Assembly: GCF_051307035.1 (NCBI RefSeq)
Contig: NZ_CP195536.1
Coordinates: forward strand, 330,001-362,000
DNA length: 32,000 nucleotides
Reading direction: 5' to 3'
Source: Psychrobacter sp. DM4
GTDB taxonomy: Bacteria > Pseudomonadota > Gammaproteobacteria > Pseudomonadales > Moraxellaceae
In this document: positions 27,669 through 32,000 of the stretch, one piece after another
Position numbering within the stretch: the stretch's first letter is position 1
Layout of the letters: each line of letters starts with the position of its first letter
Notes under the pieces: generated by a model
Databases searched by the model: none
Told to the model about the DNA's origin: nothing
What the model saw: only the letters and a program-made list of their open reading frames with translations
Translations under genes and position numbers: made by a program

Positions 27669-28190
27669 ATGAAGTTAAAATCACTGAAAAAAAGCCGTAC
27701 CTCGTTGCTTATGACAGGTGTATTGGCTGCTATGCTCAGTATGAGTGCTTGTCAGCAAGACCCTGAGCCTAGTGTAGAAGATAATATTAGCGAAGAGCAA
27801 GCGGCTCCTATGTCAGCGGAACCCGCTGAGCCAAGCAGTGCGGTCGTAGCAGATGCCACTATAAATGAAGTCGAAAGTGATACAGTAGCAACTATCAATG
27901 ATGATGTGATGCAAAGAATCTATCTGTGCTCTCCAACCTTGAAAGTTGAAGCCACGTATTTAGAAGACGATAATCAAGTGGTCCTAGGGACAGATAAAGG
28001 TACCGTAACTCTGACTCAAACCAATGAAGGCACCAATCCTGAAGCCTATGAAGTCAGCACAAATCTCAGCGGCGGCGAGGGCTATACTCAGTGGCGTACT
28101 GCGCATCAAGAGCGTGAGACTGGCGTACTACGTACCGCAAACGCTGATGAGTCCAATATTAATACTTACGAATGTAATGACTCACAATAA
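27669..28190 (+). CDS. predicted lipoprotein, possibly MliC-like fold
   Basis: AGGAG SD. Signal peptide with a lipobox-like LSMSAC. An acidic disordered linker is followed by a ~90-aa domain bracketed by Cys (YLC...TYEC) with an SGGEGYTQW segment reminiscent of MliC/PliC. The fold assignment is weak. Confidence 0.6.
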   Translation: MKLKSLKKSRTSLLMTGVLAAMLSMSACQQDPEPSVEDNISEEQAAPMSAEPAEPSSAVVADATINEVESDTVATINDDVMQRIYLCSPTLKVEATYLEDDNQVVLGTDKGTVTLTQTNEGTNPEAYEVSTNLSGGEGYTQWRTAHQERETGVLRTANADESNINTYECNDSQ

Positions 28191-28205
28191 AATGTAATAT
28201 TTTTG

Positions 28206-28244
28206 CCAATAAAAAAAGCAACACATCGTTGCTTTTTTTATTGG
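28206..28244. terminator. bidirectional rho-independent terminator
   Basis: Perfect 17-bp inverted repeat CCAATAAAAAAAGCAAC / GTTGCTTTTTTTATTGG with a 5-nt loop, between convergent genes. U-tracts are built into both arms. Confidence 0.85.
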
Positions 28245-28273
28245 TACTATTTTAAATAAGCTACTTGTGACTA

Positions 28274-28873
28274 CTACTTATTATTGACGTGTGAACCTTC
28301 ATGCGCCAAAAACCCTTCTTCAGTGACATCAAGCTCTTCATGCTTAAGCTCTACCTGAATGCTATCCGTATGAGTATGAATGGTTTTTTTGACGTCAACT
28401 TCTTGAATAGCGTAAGTGTCTTTGGTAATGGTCGCCACTTGACGAGAGATAACGATCTCAATGGGCGCATCATCGATCTCAACTTGCGTGCCATTGATGT
28501 TAATGACCGCTTTGCTATCTAGTGAAGGTTCGACGTGACGCAATATATCTTTGTCATTGTAGTTACCAGACAACAGATCCTGACTCTTAGCATCACGATA
28601 TTGAGTTTGAATGGTAATATACTCTTCAACCAACTCGATAGGAACGTCGATAGTCTTGGTACGAGTATGCTTAGTAATGGTAACTTTGCCTACATCAAGA
28701 CGCTCTTTATTCACGACTGGACGCTCTTCTAGTAGCTCTAAATGACCAACGCCTTGTTTGATAACAGCATCGTTTTGGGTATCCAAAACACTGTTATGAT
28801 CGGCAGATTGACTATTTACATCATGGTCAGTCATATCATTTGTATTTTCATTCTTACTATCATTGTGATCCAT
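28274..28873 (-). CDS. YsnF/AvaK (DUF2382) domain stress-type protein
   Basis: LELLEERPVVNKERLDVGKVTITKHTRTKTIDVPIELVEEYITIQ plus a second half-repeat (TYAIQEVDVKKTIHTHTDSIQVELKHEELDV) match the DUF2382 pattern. AAAGGA SD lies 8 nt before ATG 28873. Confidence 0.75.
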   Translation of the reverse strand: MDHNDSKNENTNDMTDHDVNSQSADHNSVLDTQNDAVIKQGVGHLELLEERPVVNKERLDVGKVTITKHTRTKTIDVPIELVEEYITIQTQYRDAKSQDLLSGNYNDKDILRHVEPSLDSKAVININGTQVEIDDAPIEIVISRQVATITKDTYAIQEVDVKKTIHTHTDSIQVELKHEELDVTEEGFLAHEGSHVNNK

Positions 28874-28955
28874 GATTACAATCCTTTTGTAGACAATCAT
28901 TTACAGCGTTAGTGGTAGTTAATGACTGTTGTTGTATTGATAATTATATTACCTA

Positions 28956-28985
28956 ACACAAAAAGGCCAGAGACGAGCTCTGACC
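28956..28985 (-). terminator. rho-independent terminator of the PRC-barrel/DUF2382 gene
   Basis: Minus-strand hairpin GGTCAGAG / CTCTGGCC (one mismatch, 5-nt loop) at 28965-28985, followed by TTTTTGTGTT. Confidence 0.6.
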
Positions 28986-29069
28986 TTAAAGTACTAAGCA
29001 AAAATACTTAGCTGCTTGTTATTACGGCTTACATTGTCTATAAATATAATGCCATAATAGTATTGCGTA

Positions 29070-29918
29070 TTACATACCACGAGCGCGGCGTACATCATCG
29101 GCAGTAACATCGTTGCCTTCGTATAATTTGCCTTTACCATCTACAACGTTGCCATCACGGTCAATATCAAGCTCTTCGCGCTGAATGGTCTCAACAATAG
29201 TCTCAGTATGACGCTCGGTAGTTTTACCAACATTCACTTCTTCAGTGACATAAGTCTCTTTACCGACGCGAGCACGTTCAGCTTCTAGCTCCACAGCGAT
29301 AGTTTCTGTCGTACCAGTTTCACCAATACGGCGATCTGTCGGACGATCTACATTAGTACGTTCGATATGAGCGTGTTCTTCTTCTAACTCTACATCAACG
29401 TTACGCTCTTCAGTAACTACGTGCTTACCTACTTTTACTAGACCTGCTACGATACGGTCTTTATTTACTGTCAAACGCTCTTCCAACAACTCTAGAGTAT
29501 CTGGAGCATTGTAAGACGTCTCATTTAACTCCATACGCTCTTCAGTAGGAATAGTGTCTGCAACGAATGCTTTACGATCTTTTTCGTTCTGCTCTTTATA
29601 GCTATATTGGTAGTCATGGTCATAAACTTCCATAGCTTCTACTTGAGACTTGGTTAAACTATCAAAAAATACATCATCACCAACAATACGAGCTAAACCT
29701 GCTGGAATTAATACCTCTTTTGAGCTGAACCAACCGCCAACATCGGCGATTAAATAGCGAATACGACCTGTAGTATCTTCTACTAATGCACCATCAATTT
29801 TGCCAATTTTTTCTTCATTGACACCGTAGGCAGTTTTGCCTGTTGGATCATAATAGTCATCGCCGATTACATCACGATGAGTAGCTTGAATATCTTGTAA
29901 ACGAATTAGTTGGCTCAT
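29070..29918 (-). CDS. PRC-barrel domain plus DUF2382 (YsnF/AvaK) protein
   Basis: The N-terminal PRC-barrel-like segment is VIGDDYYDPTGKTAYGVNEEKIGKIDGALVEDTTGRIRYLIADVGGWFSSKEVLIP. It is followed by LELLEERLTVNKDRIVAGLVKVGKHVVTEERNVDVELEEEHAHIER and a second DUF2382 half. AAGGAAG SD. Confidence 0.8.
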   Translation of the reverse strand: MSQLIRLQDIQATHRDVIGDDYYDPTGKTAYGVNEEKIGKIDGALVEDTTGRIRYLIADVGGWFSSKEVLIPAGLARIVGDDVFFDSLTKSQVEAMEVYDHDYQYSYKEQNEKDRKAFVADTIPTEERMELNETSYNAPDTLELLEERLTVNKDRIVAGLVKVGKHVVTEERNVDVELEEEHAHIERTNVDRPTDRRIGETGTTETIAVELEAERARVGKETYVTEEVNVGKTTERHTETIVETIQREELDIDRDGNVVDGKGKLYEGNDVTADDVRRARGM

Positions 29919-30311
29919 TATTGTCTTCCTTAATTATAAATAGATTTTAACTGATACATAAATAGTCAACGACTAAAGATATCAGATGTATGTCTGCCGT
30001 TAATGCTTATCGAATTTTAAAACTATAAAAAAAGATAATAGCAGTCTGTTTTTTTTATCTTTATAGCTAATCAGCTAATCATTTGTGCGGTACGTATCGA
30101 AGTACGATCTTCTGTACTAAAGATAAGCTAGCCTTTGCATTAACCTGTAAATAGAGTAACACTCAAATATATTATACGATAGAGGGCTGAAGTAGCAAAG
30201 TGTGCATAGAAAGTAAGCGCATGTAATAGGCTGTAAAGGGCATAACATGGAATGGGTATAAGTTAACGATTTTTTACAACTGTAGACGCATGACCCTATT
30301 TTTGAGACGAC

Positions 30312-30340
30312 AAAAAACCGCATAGCTACTAGCTATGCGG
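30312..30340 (-). terminator. rho-independent terminator of the thiolase gene
   Basis: Inverted repeat CCGCATAGCT / AGCTATGCGG (30318-30340). On the minus strand it is followed by TTTTTTG (A6 at 30312-30317). Confidence 0.8.
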
Positions 30341-30380
30341 TAATCGAAAAAAACATATCATTAGACTAGCTGCACTTTAA

Positions 30381-31562
30381 TTATGGCAACTCAATAGCTA
30401 CTGCAACAGCCTCGCCGCCACCGATACATAGGGTCGCAATGCCCTTTTTGCCACCAGTACGCTTTAGTGAATTGATTAGCGTAATTAATATACGTGCGCC
30501 AGAACATCCTACTGGGTGACCAAGAGCGCAAGCACCGCCTTCAATATTGACTTTGGCATGATCAAGTTTAAACTCATCGATAGCAGCCATGGTGACCATG
30601 GCAAAAGCTTCGTTGATTTCCCAAAGATCAACGTCACTAGCTGACCAACCAGCATTGGCTAATACCTTTTCGATAGCACCAACAGGGGCGATCGTAAATT
30701 CACTTGGGTGACGTGAGTTTGAGGCCGTAGCGACAATACGTGCTTGATACTCTAAGCCGTCAGAATCTGCTTGTGATTCTTTCATGATCACGACAGCTGC
30801 CGCGCCATCTGATATAGAGCTGGCATTAGCAGCGGTAATCGTACCGTCTTTGGCAAAGGCTGGGCGCAGTGTTGGAATGCGTTCAGCGTTGGCAAGCCCT
30901 GGCTCTTCGTCAGTATCTACCGTTTGCTCACCTTTACGCGTCTTAAAGGTCACTGGAGTAATTTCGTCTTTGAAATGATCTTCTTTGATAGCCGTCAGTG
31001 CACGATTGAGAGACTCAATAGCGAAATCATCCATTTGCTCACGTGTATAGCCTTTCTCATCAGCCATCTCTTGCGCAAACTGCCCCATTAGTTTGGCTGT
31101 TTCGGCATCTTCTAAGCCGTCCAAGAACATATGATCTTTGACTTCTTGATGCCCCATACGATAGCCGCTACGTGCGCCTAACATAAGATAGGGTGCATTG
31201 GTCATTGATTCCATACCACCTGCGACCGCAATATCAAAACTACCTGCTTTGATACCGTCATGCGCTTGCATAACCGCTTTGAGACCAGAGCCGCACAACT
31301 TGTTGATAGTCACAGCGCCAGTGGCATCAGGCAAACCTGCTTTGCGCATGGCCTGACGAGCAGGACCTTGACCTAAACCTGCGGTCAAAATACAGCCCAT
31401 AACCACTTCATCAATTTTATCAGCACTAATACCGGCACGCTCAACAGCAGCCTTTATAGCAGCAGCCCCTAAATCTGTGGCGCTGACGTCTTTTAGTACG
31501 CCTTGAAAACCGCCCATTGGTGTACGAGCACCATTAACAATTACAATCGAGTCATTTGACAT
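30381..31562 (-). CDS. acetyl-CoA C-acetyltransferase (thiolase II)
   Basis: IVIVNGARTPMGGFQG, active-site NKLCGSGLKAV, GGACALGHPVGCSGARIL and CIGGGEAVAVAIE. AGGA SD. Confidence 0.95.
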   Translation of the reverse strand: MSNDSIVIVNGARTPMGGFQGVLKDVSATDLGAAAIKAAVERAGISADKIDEVVMGCILTAGLGQGPARQAMRKAGLPDATGAVTINKLCGSGLKAVMQAHDGIKAGSFDIAVAGGMESMTNAPYLMLGARSGYRMGHQEVKDHMFLDGLEDAETAKLMGQFAQEMADEKGYTREQMDDFAIESLNRALTAIKEDHFKDEITPVTFKTRKGEQTVDTDEEPGLANAERIPTLRPAFAKDGTITAANASSISDGAAAVVIMKESQADSDGLEYQARIVATASNSRHPSEFTIAPVGAIEKVLANAGWSASDVDLWEINEAFAMVTMAAIDEFKLDHAKVNIEGGACALGHPVGCSGARILITLINSLKRTGGKKGIATLCIGGGEAVAVAIELP

Positions 31563-31731
31563 CTTACTTATCCTTTATTGAGAAATATAATAAAAAACGT
31601 ACCATTATAATGTATACCACTCGACTATAAATCAAGTAAGCTGACTATTAAGTAGGCTAAATAGTGGAGCGTAATGAAGTTTAATAACTGCGTTCAATAA
31701 AAAACATCCGCTATAGAGCCAATACAAATGT

Positions 31732-32000
31732 TTATGCCAGCTCATCTAAACGAATACGAACGACTTTGTCCGTGATCGATTCAAGCTTTTCTATTTTTTG
31801 AATGGCGACATTCATTTGGCTCTCAACAACAGGTAGCGTTAAGATAATGACAGGCACTTGCCCAAGCTTGTGCGCAGGCTTTTGTAATATGGCATCAATG
31901 TTGATACCTGCATCGCTCAATATACGAGTAATATCTGCCAATACCCCTGGGTGATCAAAAGCATGAACGCGCAGATAATAGCCGGTGGTCATTTGCTCAG
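31732..32000 (-). CDS. hom: homoserine dehydrogenase, C-terminal ACT domain (partial; the 5' part lies beyond the window)
   Basis: GYYLRVHAFDHPGVLADITRILSDAGINIDAILQKP....VPVIILT is the ACT regulatory domain typical of Hom. The reading frame stays open to the window edge. Confidence 0.8.
   Translation of the reverse strand, partial: EQMTTGYYLRVHAFDHPGVLADITRILSDAGINIDAILQKPAHKLGQVPVIILTLPVVESQMNVAIQKIEKLESITDKVVRIRLDELA

Noticed and set aside
30117-30323. 68-aa minus-strand ORF in the thiolase/DUF2382 spacer
   Set aside because: Its 5' end runs through the thiolase terminator hairpin (30312-30340). Its Cys/Tyr/Phe/Leu-rich composition is typical of AT-rich non-coding DNA. It has no SD.

Overview
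A 32-kb chromosomal segment with about 27 genes, which by gene content and protein style looks like Moraxellaceae, probably Psychrobacter-like (inference). It falls into three blocks. (i) 1-8.7 kb holds cell-envelope genes: an unassigned ORF, an isolated type II secretion pair (gspF, gspG), dsbD, yaiL (DUF2058), outer-membrane phospholipase pldA and comF. (ii) 8.9-20.7 kb is a type IV pilus locus. It contains the minor-pilin operon fimU-pilV-pilW-pilX-pilY1-(pilE-like)-pilE and a sigma54-type promoter. These are followed by two tandem divergent major-pilin genes split by a terminator, a TfpZ/TfpX-like accessory gene, and a separately transcribed fused membrane/spermidine-synthase-like gene. 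(iii) 20.8-32 kb is housekeeping: fdxA, mutS, secA, a lipoprotein, two YsnF/DUF2382 stress-type genes (one with a PRC barrel), a thiolase and the 3' end of hom. Most convergent or unit-ending junctions carry clear rho-independent hairpins. I found no rRNA, tRNA, CRISPR array, transposase, integrase or phage gene. I see no convincing evidence for a new multi-gene system. The best leads are the asymmetrically regulated pilA pair with an unusual C-terminal 5-residue Cys loop, very long prepilin leaders on GspG and PilW, the orphan ORF upstream of gspF, the membrane/SpeE-like gene next to the pilin locus, and the DUF2382 pair behind a 460-bp gene-free AT-rich region. Family assignments come from motif recognition by eye, not from database searches.
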